Source: Bacteroidales bacterium
GTDB taxonomy: Bacteria; Bacteroidota; Bacteroidia; Bacteroidales; VadinHA17
Direction of reading: 5' to 3'
NCBI GenBank assembly: GCA_963668715.1
Contig: OY764960.1
Location: 3,255,423 to 3,319,422, forward strand
Length of the DNA: 64,000 nucleotides
Shown: one piece after another, positions 29,139-39,465 of the stretch
How positions within the stretch are numbered: position 1 is the first letter of the stretch
How the letters are laid out: each line of letters opens with the position of its first letter
The notes under the pieces: model-generated
Told to the model about the DNA's origin: nothing
The model's input: the letters and a program-made list of their open reading frames with translations, nothing else
Databases searched by the model: none
Program-made: the position numbers and the translations under genes

Positions 29139-30498
29139 CCTGACAGTTCTCCTTCAGGTCGTGTTACTTGCTGTTACTCCTGCCTTATTTATATTAACGC
29201 TTGATATAGAGGCTCTTATAATAACCAGGATCACACTTGCTATTATCTGGCTGATTCAGATGGCGCTTCTTTACAGATATCTTAAAAGATCGGAAAACAG
29301 CCTGAGGCAGGCAGTTAAAATAATAAGCAGTGGGGATGAATCCCATTTTTTAAGGAACAGGCATTTATCAAGGGTTCATGAAGATGTCCTTGATGAGATT
29401 AACAATGCCATATCAGTATTCCGGGATCTGAAAATTGAGAACGAAGCTAATCTCCGTTTTTTTCAACAGGTTATGCAGCATGTGCCGGCCGGTGTTTTTG
29501 TGGTGAATTCTGACGAGACAATTGAATTTATTAACAGCTCGGCTAAAGACTTGTTCGGATCCGTCAACCTGAGGATACTGAAAGACCTTGATTCTGTAAA
29601 GAAGGGACTTACGTCATGGTTCAGGGATATAAAAGGAGCTCATAATGTTATGGATATCGATTTTCCTGACAGGTCGTATAAGATATCTGTTTCAGTAAGG
29701 CAAATAAGGGTTAGGGAAGAGACGCAGACAATATACTCATTTAAGGACATTAAAAAGGAGGTGGATATAAGGGAACTGGAGACCTGGCATAATATGCTCA
29801 GGATACTATCTCATGAGGTTGTTAATTCAGTAAGCCCGATTACTCTTTCTGCAATGGGTATGCAGAGGAATATTGCTGATTTGAAAGGTATTACACCTGA
29901 AAATGATGATTACAAAAGGATACTGTCCGAAATAGATACCGGGCTGTCAGCTATAAGCGAAAGGGGTAAAGGGCTTAATGAATTTGTCGAGTCGGTGCAG
30001 AGGCTTACCAGGATCCCTGAGCCTTCTGTCGGGCCAATAAGCCTGAGGCAGCTTGCAGGAGAATCAGTTGAAATAATGAAAACAAACCTCCGGGAAAATA
30101 ATATCAGGCTTGAAGAAGATTTGGCTGATATCAAAATATACTGTGATAAAAGATTAATAAGCCATGTTATGATCAATCTGGTGAAAAACAGTATTGAATC
30201 CTTTTCATCCCAAACAGATAAAACAATCAGGATATCCGGAAAAAAGACAGATGCCGTTATTATAATTCAGGTGGAAGATAATGGTCCGGGGATCCCCGGC
30301 AATATAAGGAACCAGGTATTCTCGCCATTTTTCAGTACAAAAAGAAGGGGATCAGGCCTCGGTTTAAGCTTTTCACGACAGGTGATGCAATTACACAAAG
30401 GTAACATAAATGTATGGTCGGAACCCGGAAAAACTATTTTTACCCTGACATTGCCTGTAAATCCTGATGCCGGAATTTCCGGCATCAGTGTCGTATAA
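29119..30498 (+). CDS. sensor histidine kinase (intramembrane-type), paralogue of 22230-23576
   Basis: The start is placed at MKSHRIDLTV, overlapping the RR stop by 20 nt; the ORF is open from 29035 inside the RR gene. The two TM helices are joined by DIEAL. The H-box is LSHEVVNSVSPI, with DNGPGI...GSGLGLS. Confidence 0.8.
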   Translation: MKSHRIDLTVLLQVVLLAVTPALFILTLDIEALIITRITLAIIWLIQMALLYRYLKRSENSLRQAVKIISSGDESHFLRNRHLSRVHEDVLDEINNAISVFRDLKIENEANLRFFQQVMQHVPAGVFVVNSDETIEFINSSAKDLFGSVNLRILKDLDSVKKGLTSWFRDIKGAHNVMDIDFPDRSYKISVSVRQIRVREETQTIYSFKDIKKEVDIRELETWHNMLRILSHEVVNSVSPITLSAMGMQRNIADLKGITPENDDYKRILSEIDTGLSAISERGKGLNEFVESVQRLTRIPEPSVGPISLRQLAGESVEIMKTNLRENNIRLEEDLADIKIYCDKRLISHVMINLVKNSIESFSSQTDKTIRISGKKTDAVIIIQVEDNGPGIPGNIRNQVFSPFFSTKRRGSGLGLSFSRQVMQLHKGNINVWSEPGKTIFTLTLPVNPDAGISGISVV

Positions 30499-30559
30499 AC
30501 CAACGGTTATGAATAATTTTTATATACGTAATATGCATATATACAGTAATTTATATAAT

Positions 30560-30575
30560 TGGCATATATATAGCA
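30560..30575 (+). promoter_or_regulatory. sigma54 -24/-12-like box upstream of permease 30606
   Basis: TGGCATATATATAGCA has GG-N10-GC spacing matching TGGCAC-N5-TTGCA. It lies 30 nt before the ATG. Confidence 0.5.
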
Positions 30576-30605
30576 GACGGTTGGTGAATATTAATTAACT
30601 GTATT

Positions 30606-32909
30606 ATGGGATCGTCTGCATTTTTAAGAAGATTTTTTACGCTTTTGAAAGAAAATATTCTATCTGTCGCAGGTTTATCATTAGGTATGATGATAACCGT
30701 TTTTTCAGTAACATATATCGTTTTTGAGTCATCATATGACCGGTTTCATAAGAATTCGGAAAGGATATGTCTTGTATCAACCCTTATAGAAATAGAGTCG
30801 GGCAATGAAGTTGTTATGAGCAGTTCTCATCATAATATGAAAGACTATATCGACTCTCATGTACCTCAGGTTGAGATGGCTTGCAGGATAAGGGACAGCA
30901 CAGATCCTCTGATAATTGACGATGTGGAATTCAGGAACCAAAAGGGACTGTTTGTCGATGAAGATTTTTTTTCAATTTTCAAATTCGGTATGTTGCTAGG
31001 TGAAGGGTCTGTGTTAGAAGATCCGGGCAGTATTATCCTGACCCGTGACCTGGCAGAAAAGTTATACGGAGATATAAATTGTCTGGGGGAGAATCTTCAG
31101 ATAAATGACAATATTTATACCGTCAGGGGAGTGGCGGAGACACCGCCGGGAAATACGAGCATCAGGTTTGAATACCTGATCCCTATGTCTGTCTTTCTGG
31201 GAACACTGGAGAGTTACAGTTCCATTAGTGTCGAGACATACATCTTAACTCCTGTTGCATATGACGATTATACGTCAGTTTCAGAATCTATAAATGGTTT
31301 TTATGAGGCTTATGATGTTAAAGGCAAAGACAGGTATAAAGTCAGTATTTCAAAACTGACTGATCAGTATCAGTATTATTATAAAACTTCAAAAAACTTT
31401 ATCCTGTTTGCCACGATATCCATACTGGCGTTGTTGGTGTCTGTTGTAAATTTCATTAACGCATTTGCGGCAGGTAGTGAGCTCAGGATCCGTGATACAG
31501 GTATCAGAAAGGCTATGGGAGCAACCAGGGTAATGCTTATGAGGGATATGCTTCTTACATCAGTCATCATATCATTGATATCGGCTTTGTTTGGGTTGAT
31601 TTTGTCTGAAATATTTATTGGTACTTTCAGGGAATTGTCAGGAGTAGATGTCAGGCAATACGGGCCGGGACTGTGGAAGATACAGGTATCCGTATTACTT
31701 ATTGCCGTTTTCACCGGTTTGCTGGCCGGAGCGTTTCCCGCGATCAGGTATTCATCTCCCAATGTGCTGGCGATGATAACAGGAAGGGGGCTGTTCAGGA
31801 ACAGGTCATTCACCCTGAGAAAAGTGCTGGTGCTTGTTCAATACATAATATCGGGAGGCCTCCTTATAAGCCTTTTTATTTTTTTCTATCAGATCAGATA
31901 CCTGAATAATAAATATCCGGGATTCGATGTTGAAAGCAGGATGCTTGTAAGAGTATCCGGGGATCTTGAATTTAAGTATGCAGCATATATCAGTGAACTG
32001 GAAAAGATCCCGGGCATAATTTCTGTCTCCGGGAATGGTTCCGAATTCGGAGGTACTGTTGGATTTGGCTTTAAACGTATTAATAGTGAAGAGGGCATGC
32101 CGGCAATGGGATATTTTGTTGAGGATGGGTTTTTCAGGACTTATGGTATAAAACTGATCAGGGGAAAAACATTTGAAGAAACGAGCGGAAGGGATTCAAG
32201 CAAAGTATTGATAGATGCTTCAACATCTGAAATATTGGGTTACAATGACCCTGTCGGTGAACGTTTCATATTATCCGGCAGGGAAGTTGAAATAATAGGC
32301 CTTGTTGAAGATGCCGATCTGATAGCTTTAAAAGGAGAAAGAGAGCCGTTTGTTTATACCCAGTTCTATGATCTATGTGCCGAACTTATAGTGAACTATG
32401 AAGGAGATCCGTCCGTAATTGCCGACAGAATAGCAGAAAAGATGACTGAATTTGATCCTGATTTTGAGTATAACTACAGGATGCTTGAAGAAGCCAGGGG
32501 TGAATTGTATAAAAAAGAAGCAAACCAGGTTAAAATAGTCCTTCTTGTAGGTTTGGTGGCTGTATTAATGACAATAGTCGGAGCTTATTCCCTGGCATCC
32601 TATATGGCAGAACGCAGGGCAAAGCAGGTCAGTATAAGAAAAGTGATGGGAGCTACGGTAGCTGAGGTAATACAATTATCTGTGAAAGAAATGACATGGA
32701 TGATAATAATTGCTTTTATTATTGCTTCTCCTTTAGCATATTTTGTCAGTATCAAATGGTTGCAGAATTTTACACAGAAAATATCCATTGGTCCTTTACC
32801 ATTTATACTGGCGCTGGTGGTTCTTTCTGTTCTTATATTAATAACAGTATATTTCAAGGAAAGAAAGGCTGCGTTGGCCAATCCTGTTAAGCATCTTCGT
32901 CAGGAGTAG
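30606..32909 (+). CDS. double-FtsX / MacB-type ABC transporter permease
   Basis: Same architecture as 25196-27601. The FtsX blocks are GIRKAMGATRVML and SIRKVMGATVAEV. It ends ...PVKHLRQE. Confidence 0.85.
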   Translation: MGSSAFLRRFFTLLKENILSVAGLSLGMMITVFSVTYIVFESSYDRFHKNSERICLVSTLIEIESGNEVVMSSSHHNMKDYIDSHVPQVEMACRIRDSTDPLIIDDVEFRNQKGLFVDEDFFSIFKFGMLLGEGSVLEDPGSIILTRDLAEKLYGDINCLGENLQINDNIYTVRGVAETPPGNTSIRFEYLIPMSVFLGTLESYSSISVETYILTPVAYDDYTSVSESINGFYEAYDVKGKDRYKVSISKLTDQYQYYYKTSKNFILFATISILALLVSVVNFINAFAAGSELRIRDTGIRKAMGATRVMLMRDMLLTSVIISLISALFGLILSEIFIGTFRELSGVDVRQYGPGLWKIQVSVLLIAVFTGLLAGAFPAIRYSSPNVLAMITGRGLFRNRSFTLRKVLVLVQYIISGGLLISLFIFFYQIRYLNNKYPGFDVESRMLVRVSGDLEFKYAAYISELEKIPGIISVSGNGSEFGGTVGFGFKRINSEEGMPAMGYFVEDGFFRTYGIKLIRGKTFEETSGRDSSKVLIDASTSEILGYNDPVGERFILSGREVEIIGLVEDADLIALKGEREPFVYTQFYDLCAELIVNYEGDPSVIADRIAEKMTEFDPDFEYNYRMLEEARGELYKKEANQVKIVLLVGLVAVLMTIVGAYSLASYMAERRAKQVSIRKVMGATVAEVIQLSVKEMTWMIIIAFIIASPLAYFVSIKWLQNFTQKISIGPLPFILALVVLSVLILITVYFKERKAALANPVKHLRQE

Positions 32910-33325
32910 CTACTGCCATGGTTTTTATTACTGTCCTGATCCGGCCATGAATCTTCAGTTTCGTAATAGATTCGTAGCATTTTATCCCGGTTGGTATATT
33001 CAATAACTGTTGTCTTACCTGATTCTATTCTCCTGAATAGCTTCTTCATCCATGGACTGGAAGAAGTATATATAATCCATTTCAGGCTGCTTTGTTCGTT
33101 GATATACTGGCAATCCTCAGCGGAATAACGGCCAAAATCTGCATTGAACCCGGTAGCATCAACAAACAGTATCCTGCTGGATCTTACGTCAATAAGATTG
33201 TTCAGAGCATTTATATGCTCGTTCATATCTTCGCCTGACATGTTCACAGATGACGGAAGCCAGTTAAGAAAGATAATTGAACTATGGGCTTTCCATTTCA
33301 ACTCATAGAATTTATGCTTGATCAT
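32900..33325 (-). CDS. hypothetical protein, last gene of the RND operon
   Basis: 141-aa ORF 49 nt downstream of the P-II-like gene on the same strand. No motif I can name. Its 3' end overlaps the convergent permease gene by 10 nt. Confidence 0.4.
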   Translation of the reverse strand: MIKHKFYELKWKAHSSIIFLNWLPSSVNMSGEDMNEHINALNNLIDVRSSRILFVDATGFNADFGRYSAEDCQYINEQSSLKWIIYTSSSPWMKKLFRRIESGKTTVIEYTNRDKMLRIYYETEDSWPDQDSNKNHGSSYS

Positions 33326-33374
33326 TTTATTTTTTTGTCTCTATACTCAACATCCGCGTATTAAATAAGTATGG

Positions 33375-33668
33375 TTATACTGTTGATTCAATATTCCATG
33401 TGAATGCACGTACTCCTATTTCCTTATTTCGCCTGTCAAGTTTATTTACGGCTTTAAGGATATTATCAACCATTTCATCATTTACTACAGTAAGAACAGC
33501 CGAATTCAACTCCGGCCATGTATGTGTCCCCCTGCGTGGTTCACCGCTTGTACTTCCACGTCCCTGAACCTGTTCAAAGAAAGTAAAACCGCGAATGCCC
33601 ATTTGATCGAGCATATATTCCACCCGTTCTGTATTTGCCTGATTATATACTATGAATACTGCTTTCAT
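33375..33668 (-). CDS. small P-II (GlnB)-like fold protein attached to the RND pump gene
   Basis: 97 aa, starting 2 nt after the RND stop. The pattern MKAVFIVY...GIRGFTFFEQVQGRGSTSG...SAVLTVVNDEMVDNILKAV resembles the beta-alpha-beta duplication and T-loop position of P-II proteins. Confidence 0.5.
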   Translation of the reverse strand: MKAVFIVYNQANTERVEYMLDQMGIRGFTFFEQVQGRGSTSGEPRRGTHTWPELNSAVLTVVNDEMVDNILKAVNKLDRRNKEIGVRAFTWNIESTV

Positions 33669-33670
33669 TA

Positions 33671-36600
33671 TTACTTTTCATTGATTTTATTGCTGTTATT
33701 ATCAGAAAGTTGCATGAATATAAATTCCTTTTTGTCCTTTCTTTCTTTCTTTTTCTCTTCACGGTTTGATAAGGCGCCATACAATACAGGCACTACAATC
33801 AGGGTTATCATTGTTGATACTAATAGTCCGCCAACAACTACGATACCCATAGGCCTCCATAATTCAGAGCCATCTCCCTGGCTTAATACCATTGGAACCA
33901 TGGCAAGTATTGTGGTAATGGCTGTCATCAGTACAGGTCTTAAACGTGCCATACCGGATAGAGCGATCGCTTCGTTAAGTTTGTGTCCGCGGCTTCGCAT
34001 AAGATTGATATAATCGACAAGCACGATACCGTTTTTCACAACTATTCCTACAAGCATAATAGCACCGAGTGCCCCGATCATATCCAATGTGGTCCCGGTA
34101 ATAAAAAGGGCTAATATTACTCCGCTAAATGCGAAGGGGACAGACATCATAATGATAAACGGTTTTTTAAACGACTCAAACTGGGATGCCATTACGATAT
34201 ATACAAGTAAAATAATCATCAATGCCAGGGTACCCATGTCTCCGAATGTTTCCTGTTGATCTTCATAGTCGCCTGCCAAACGTATACTAACACCCTGAGG
34301 AATATCTATATCAGATATAGCACTTTCTATTTCCGTAGCCAGTTCCCCGAGTGAAGTGCGGTAAGGCATTGTTTTTACTGTTACAATACGCTGACGGCTT
34401 TTGCGTTCAATAGCAGGCAGCGACCAGAATTCATCCACTGATCCTACTTCACGTAGCTTTATTTCCTTTCCTGTTGCTGTCGGGATTGTCAGGTTTTCTA
34501 CCTCACTAATCGAATTTCTGTTTTCTTCCTTTATGCGGACGATAATAGGATATTCATCGCCTTCTTCTTTAAGATATCCTGCCATCATTCCGCTTACACG
34601 GTTTTGTACATAAGCAGATACTGATGCTGATGTCATACCCAGCATAGCCAGTTTTTCCTTATCGACTGATACCTTAAGCTCTGCCCTGTCCCTGTCGCGG
34701 CTTATCATAACATTACGTGCTCCTCCGACCTTATCCTTAATGGTATTCTGAATCGTCTCAGCCATTACACTTGTAGCATCAAAATCATAGCCGTAAATTT
34801 CAACGTCAACTGTAGAAATACCACCGCCGGGCCCCATCCCTGAAGGCTGTGCCTGGAAAGTGATTATTTCAGGATATTTCGCCATTTCCTGTCGTATTAC
34901 TTCTGCAATTTCAAGAATTGAACGTTCCCGCTCATATTTCTTACTACATACTATATTCATTTCTATTTTGTTGTTGGAGGTAGAAGAGAACATAGCTGCA
35001 ATACCTGCATCTTCTGTGGAGCCGGCTGTAGTGCTTAACATTCTTATCTCAGGTGCCAGTTCCATAAAACGGCTCTCCAGCCTGCGGGCGGTTTTTAGTG
35101 TTTCTTCAATTCGCATGCCTGTGTTAAGTTCAGCGCTTACAGATAACCGTCCACTGTCGCTTTGTTGCATAAAATCGGTTCCTATATAGCCCAGTATAAA
35201 CGGCAGCAAAGAAGCGACAAAGAATATCACTGCAATACTCATGGTGACAGCCTTATGATTGAGACAGAGTCTTAAAACATTGGCGTACCATTTATCAATT
35301 TTGTCCAGAAGAGCAACTATGCTTTTTTCATACCAGTTCTTTTTGGACCTTACTTCCACGAGATTACCTGATTCGTCGACCTTAATCTTTTTGGATTTTA
35401 ATAATTTGGAAGCCAGCATAGGGGTAAGAGAAATTGCCACTACTGTTGAGGTGCTTACAACAATAGCAACGATCCATCCTAATTCCTTAAACATAACGCC
35501 GGCCATACCTTTCAGAAAGGTAAGAGGTACAAACACTGCAACTATAACCAGGGTAGTGGCAATAACAGCAGTCCATACTTCATTGGTCGCGTATTTGGCC
35601 GCTTCACGGGGCGAAGATCCCCGTTCTACGTGCCTGGTGATATTTTCCAGAACGACAATGGCATCGTCCACCACCATTCCTATAGCCACAGTCAGCGAGC
35701 TAAGTGATATGATGTTCAGCGAACTGCCGGTAATCGCCAGGTAGATAAATGAAACGATCAGAGCAATAGGGATAGTAACGGCAATGATAAGGGTTGCCCG
35801 CCACCTGCCCAGGAAGAAAAGCACTACTATTACTACAAATAAAAGAGCATATAGAATGGAGTTTTGAAGGCTTTTGATAGAATTAACAATATTATCGGAT
35901 GAGTCATATATTACTTCAATATTGACGTCAGCGGGAAGAGTATTTTTAATCTTCTCCATTTCTTTTTTTACCTCACGGCAAATTTCTACCGAGTTGGCTC
36001 CTGATTGCTTTGAGATTACTATACGAACCCCGTCCTGCCCGTTTGTTTTTTCATCTAATGACAAGTCCTTTATTGTATCACGAACTGTAGCAATATCACG
36101 GAGAAAGACCTTTTGCCCGTCGGCAGTAGTGGCTACCACAAGGTCATTTAATTCAGAGCTTTCCTTAAATTCGGTGCGTGTCTGCAACTGGTATTGTTCC
36201 TTATCCATTTTAACTGTCCCTGAAGACAGGTTCAGGTTGTTATTGCTTATTACGCTCCCTACCGTTTCCAGAGGCAGATTGAAAGCGTCCAGTTTTTCCT
36301 GATCGAGGTCTACATAGATATAGCGTTCCGGTGATCCTGAAAGGGATATATTTCCTATCCCGTCTACACGGTTAAGCTCTGGAATAATCTCATTATTCAG
36401 CATTTTGTCAAGGCCTGCATAACTTTCCCTGGCAGTAACGGCATACTGAATGATAGGCATGGAGCTGGAACTGAGTTTAAAGATAATCGGGGTGGAGCAA
36501 CCACTTGGCAGGTTATCTTTGGTCATATCTATGAATGAGCGCACATCATTGGTTACTTCATCGATATTAATCCCCCATTCCATCTCCAGGGCAATGACTG

Positions 36601-36865
36601 ATATGTTATCCCTTGATGTGGATGTCAGTTCTTTAAGTCCGTCTACTGAGTTAAGACTATTCTCAAGTAACCGGGTGACATTAGTTTCAATCTCACTTGC
36701 ATTGGCTCCGGGATAGGAAGTCATCACGGTAATAAACGGGGGATCCATCTCCGGGAACTGGTCAATAGGGAGTCTCTGATATGAATAAATTCCTATGATC
36801 AGAACAGCCACAAATATCAGTAATGTTGTGACAGGTTTTTCTATTGCTGTCTTATATATACTCAT
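33671..36865 (-). CDS. RND efflux transporter permease (AcrB/HAE1-type, 1064 aa)
   Basis: Full-length 12-TM/2-porter-domain layout. Family text is present: AVDDAIVVLENI, SQFESFKKPFIIMMSVPFAF, VVKNGIVLVDYIN. Confidence 0.9.
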   Translation of the reverse strand: MSIYKTAIEKPVTTLLIFVAVLIIGIYSYQRLPIDQFPEMDPPFITVMTSYPGANASEIETNVTRLLENSLNSVDGLKELTSTSRDNISVIALEMEWGINIDEVTNDVRSFIDMTKDNLPSGCSTPIIFKLSSSSMPIIQYAVTARESYAGLDKMLNNEIIPELNRVDGIGNISLSGSPERYIYVDLDQEKLDAFNLPLETVGSVISNNNLNLSSGTVKMDKEQYQLQTRTEFKESSELNDLVVATTADGQKVFLRDIATVRDTIKDLSLDEKTNGQDGVRIVISKQSGANSVEICREVKKEMEKIKNTLPADVNIEVIYDSSDNIVNSIKSLQNSILYALLFVVIVVLFFLGRWRATLIIAVTIPIALIVSFIYLAITGSSLNIISLSSLTVAIGMVVDDAIVVLENITRHVERGSSPREAAKYATNEVWTAVIATTLVIVAVFVPLTFLKGMAGVMFKELGWIVAIVVSTSTVVAISLTPMLASKLLKSKKIKVDESGNLVEVRSKKNWYEKSIVALLDKIDKWYANVLRLCLNHKAVTMSIAVIFFVASLLPFILGYIGTDFMQQSDSGRLSVSAELNTGMRIEETLKTARRLESRFMELAPEIRMLSTTAGSTEDAGIAAMFSSTSNNKIEMNIVCSKKYERERSILEIAEVIRQEMAKYPEIITFQAQPSGMGPGGGISTVDVEIYGYDFDATSVMAETIQNTIKDKVGGARNVMISRDRDRAELKVSVDKEKLAMLGMTSASVSAYVQNRVSGMMAGYLKEEGDEYPIIVRIKEENRNSISEVENLTIPTATGKEIKLREVGSVDEFWSLPAIERKSRQRIVTVKTMPYRTSLGELATEIESAISDIDIPQGVSIRLAGDYEDQQETFGDMGTLALMIILLVYIVMASQFESFKKPFIIMMSVPFAFSGVILALFITGTTLDMIGALGAIMLVGIVVKNGIVLVDYINLMRSRGHKLNEAIALSGMARLRPVLMTAITTILAMVPMVLSQGDGSELWRPMGIVVVGGLLVSTMITLIVVPVLYGALSNREEKKKERKDKKEFIFMQLSDNNSNKINEK

Positions 36866-36878
36866 ACTATTTATCTTT

Positions 36879-37904
36879 TTATTCTACCACGTTCATTTTC
36901 ATCCCATCTATCAGCTTTTCCTGCCCGACTGTTACAAGCAGGTCGCCGCTTGTTAATTTGTCGGAGACGATCTCTACCATTTCGTCATAACGCTGACCGA
37001 GGCTAACACTTATTCGCCTGGCTACCCCGGTTTCATTGATAAAGACATAACGTTCGTTCGAGCCTGTAAGTCTCAGTACGGATTGATATGGTACCATAAA
37101 GGCATTGATCTCGCCCAGTTCAAGAGTGGTACGTATAAACATTCCGGGACGTAATAACTCAGCTTGATTAGGAATCTTTAGCCTGGCTTTAAAAGTATGA
37201 GTTGCTTCGTCAATAATGGGATATACAATTTCGATGATAGCAGGAAAGGTTTGTTCCGGATAGATGTCTGAGCGGATATTCAGTTTCATTCCTTCTTCAA
37301 CAAGAGGAAAATATGTTTCGGGAATACTAATGATAGCTTTAAGATGTCTTATCTGTGTAAGTGTCAGTATCGGATTTCCGCTGAACAGTTCACCGTCTTC
37401 GTAATTTTTAGCTGTAATAACACCGGGCATGTCTGCTTTAACAAAGGTGTTCTGGGTTAAGAAGCTCAGGTTTTCTTTGGTTTGTTTATAGCTCAGCTCG
37501 GTCTGGTCATAAGTCTGCTGTGAAACGGTCTCTGTTTCATAAAGCTCCCTGATGCGTTCATATTCAATACTAAGATTTGTATAAGCCAGTTTTGTTGTTT
37601 TATACTGGTTTTGATCCATGCGAACGAGTGTGTCGCCCGGGTTAATGCGGGAGCCAATGTCTACGTAGATGTGTTCTATATTACCTGAAACAGAAGGAGC
37701 AATATTTTTTGTTTCATATCCTTTCAGTGTGGCAGAAAGGTCTATCTTTTGTGCTATTTTCTGTATCTTCAGAGGCGTTACTTCAACTGTTGCAACAGAC
37801 ATTAAACCCATTGCTCCGGGATCAGGTTGGTCTGATTTTGAAACACAGCCTGTTATACTTAAAATCAGACTGTAAAACAATATTATATATAATACTTTTT
37901 TCAT
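36879..37904 (-). CDS. RND efflux periplasmic adaptor (membrane fusion) lipoprotein
   Basis: Lipobox (LILSITGC) present. It has a biotinyl/lipoyl-like hairpin (GNIEHIYVDIGSRINPGDTLVRMD) and a beta-barrel C-terminal part. It sits upstream of the RND gene. Confidence 0.85.
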   Translation of the reverse strand: MKKVLYIILFYSLILSITGCVSKSDQPDPGAMGLMSVATVEVTPLKIQKIAQKIDLSATLKGYETKNIAPSVSGNIEHIYVDIGSRINPGDTLVRMDQNQYKTTKLAYTNLSIEYERIRELYETETVSQQTYDQTELSYKQTKENLSFLTQNTFVKADMPGVITAKNYEDGELFSGNPILTLTQIRHLKAIISIPETYFPLVEEGMKLNIRSDIYPEQTFPAIIEIVYPIIDEATHTFKARLKIPNQAELLRPGMFIRTTLELGEINAFMVPYQSVLRLTGSNERYVFINETGVARRISVSLGQRYDEMVEIVSDKLTSGDLLVTVGQEKLIDGMKMNVVE

Positions 37905-37919
37905 GGTCTTATTTTTGTT

Positions 37920-39278
37920 CTATTTATTATCGTTATTTAGTAATTCTTCTAATTGTAACTGTGCCTCTACCAGATCCATCAATGATTGTACATAATTATT
38001 TTGAGCGTTTAGTAAATTAGTCCCCGAATCAGTTACATCGAGACTTGAAGCAATACCTTTTTCGTATTTTCTTGTAATATTGCTGAAGACATCCCGGGCA
38101 ACCTCCGTATTCTTTTTCTGTACTTCAAAACTCTCATAGGCTGAGCTTAGATTGAAACATAACTGACGGTGCTGGATAAGCAGCGATTCTTTGGTGTCAG
38201 CAAGAGTATTCATTTGTTGTTGATAGTCTAATTTTGCTTCCTGTACTGCCTTGTAACGGCTGCCGCTTGAAAAGATCGGAATACTTAAAGTCAGCCCCAC
38301 CATATTCGGAGGTGTCATATTCATAGTTGCTTCATCACTGAAATATTTTTTTGCGGAGTACTGGTGGTAACCGTTAATAGTAGGAGCATAAGCCCACTTC
38401 TTTATGTCAACCTGTTTCTGCGCAAGTACAATATTTTCCATTAAAAGCCGGTAATCGAGATTCTTATCCATGATAAAATCATAGGATAGCAACGATAATG
38501 TTTTATCAATATTTAAAAGCTCTTCGATTGACTGTGTTAACTTAATTTCCTTATCGGCGTCAAAACCCAACTGAAGCCTTAGCGAGTTATAAAGCATTTC
38601 CAGCGACCTGTCGATTGAGTTACAGTTGGCTTCCATAGAGGCTACCTGTACGGCAATCTGGTTAGCTTCGGTTTCTTCTGTAACACCTGCTTTTACCATC
38701 TGTAATGTATGCTGCAATAATTCATTAAGATTATCCAGGCTTCTTTTTGTCAGATCAGACGTTTCTTCCATAACCAGGGTAGAGTAGTATAACGATTTTA
38801 CCTGTTGTATCAGTTGGAGCTCGGATTGCTCATATGTCAGATCAGCCATTTTAGATGAAATTTTTTCCATCTGGATACCTATAACCTGAGAGGCGCTTAC
38901 TGATACAGACGTCGTTAATGACAGTGTTCCGTACGGTGGCATGGAAATATTGAAACCTGGCATTTCCATTTTGTAACCCATCATGTTGGCATAATCGACC
39001 GTTGCATTTATCTGAGGCAGAATGGATGCAATAGCCTGCCAGCGACTGGCTTCTGTTTTTTGAATATCTATGGAGGCATTTTTTAACTGGCGATTATGCT
39101 CCAGTGCATACTCCTGTGCCTCCTCCATAGTAAAGCTTATTTCCTCCTGAGAGAAAATATCTGTGTTTAGGCATAATATTGAGAGCAAAATTATAAGGAT
39201 GTATTTCATAAACCTGTTTATTTTAATCATATAATTAAGTGCCTTTTTTTGTAAGTCGGACGCAAATGTCCGGAGCAT
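37920..39278 (-). CDS. TolC-family outer-membrane efflux protein
   Basis: Two OEP repeats with characteristic coiled-coil text. The signal peptide begins at the internal MKYILIILLSILCL, so the likely true start is 39209. Confidence 0.8.
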   Translation of the reverse strand: MLRTFASDLQKKALNYMIKINRFMKYILIILLSILCLNTDIFSQEEISFTMEEAQEYALEHNRQLKNASIDIQKTEASRWQAIASILPQINATVDYANMMGYKMEMPGFNISMPPYGTLSLTTSVSVSASQVIGIQMEKISSKMADLTYEQSELQLIQQVKSLYYSTLVMEETSDLTKRSLDNLNELLQHTLQMVKAGVTEETEANQIAVQVASMEANCNSIDRSLEMLYNSLRLQLGFDADKEIKLTQSIEELLNIDKTLSLLSYDFIMDKNLDYRLLMENIVLAQKQVDIKKWAYAPTINGYHQYSAKKYFSDEATMNMTPPNMVGLTLSIPIFSSGSRYKAVQEAKLDYQQQMNTLADTKESLLIQHRQLCFNLSSAYESFEVQKKNTEVARDVFSNITRKYEKGIASSLDVTDSGTNLLNAQNNYVQSLMDLVEAQLQLEELLNNDNK

Positions 39279-39465
39279 TTATGTGATTATGAAAAATATT
39301 AAAGCATGGCCTTTGATATTTCAATGAATCAACGGTATTATCACTATATTATATGAAATTGAAGAAATATGCCTGGTGGTTGATCCGAAAGTCCTTTGAT
39401 TGAAAAAAGTGAAGCTGCTGTAGATTAAATACTACATTTGTAATTTAAGACTGATTACCGCTACA

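Noticed and set aside
33522-36716. Several 70-163-aa plus-strand ORFs inside the RND pump gene. Similar antisense ORFs occur within other long genes, e.g. 22987-23637, 50396-50728, 53207-53721 and 61780-62538.
   Set aside because: They are shadow ORFs antisense to well-supported genes, with low-complexity or hydrophobic mirror sequences and no motifs.
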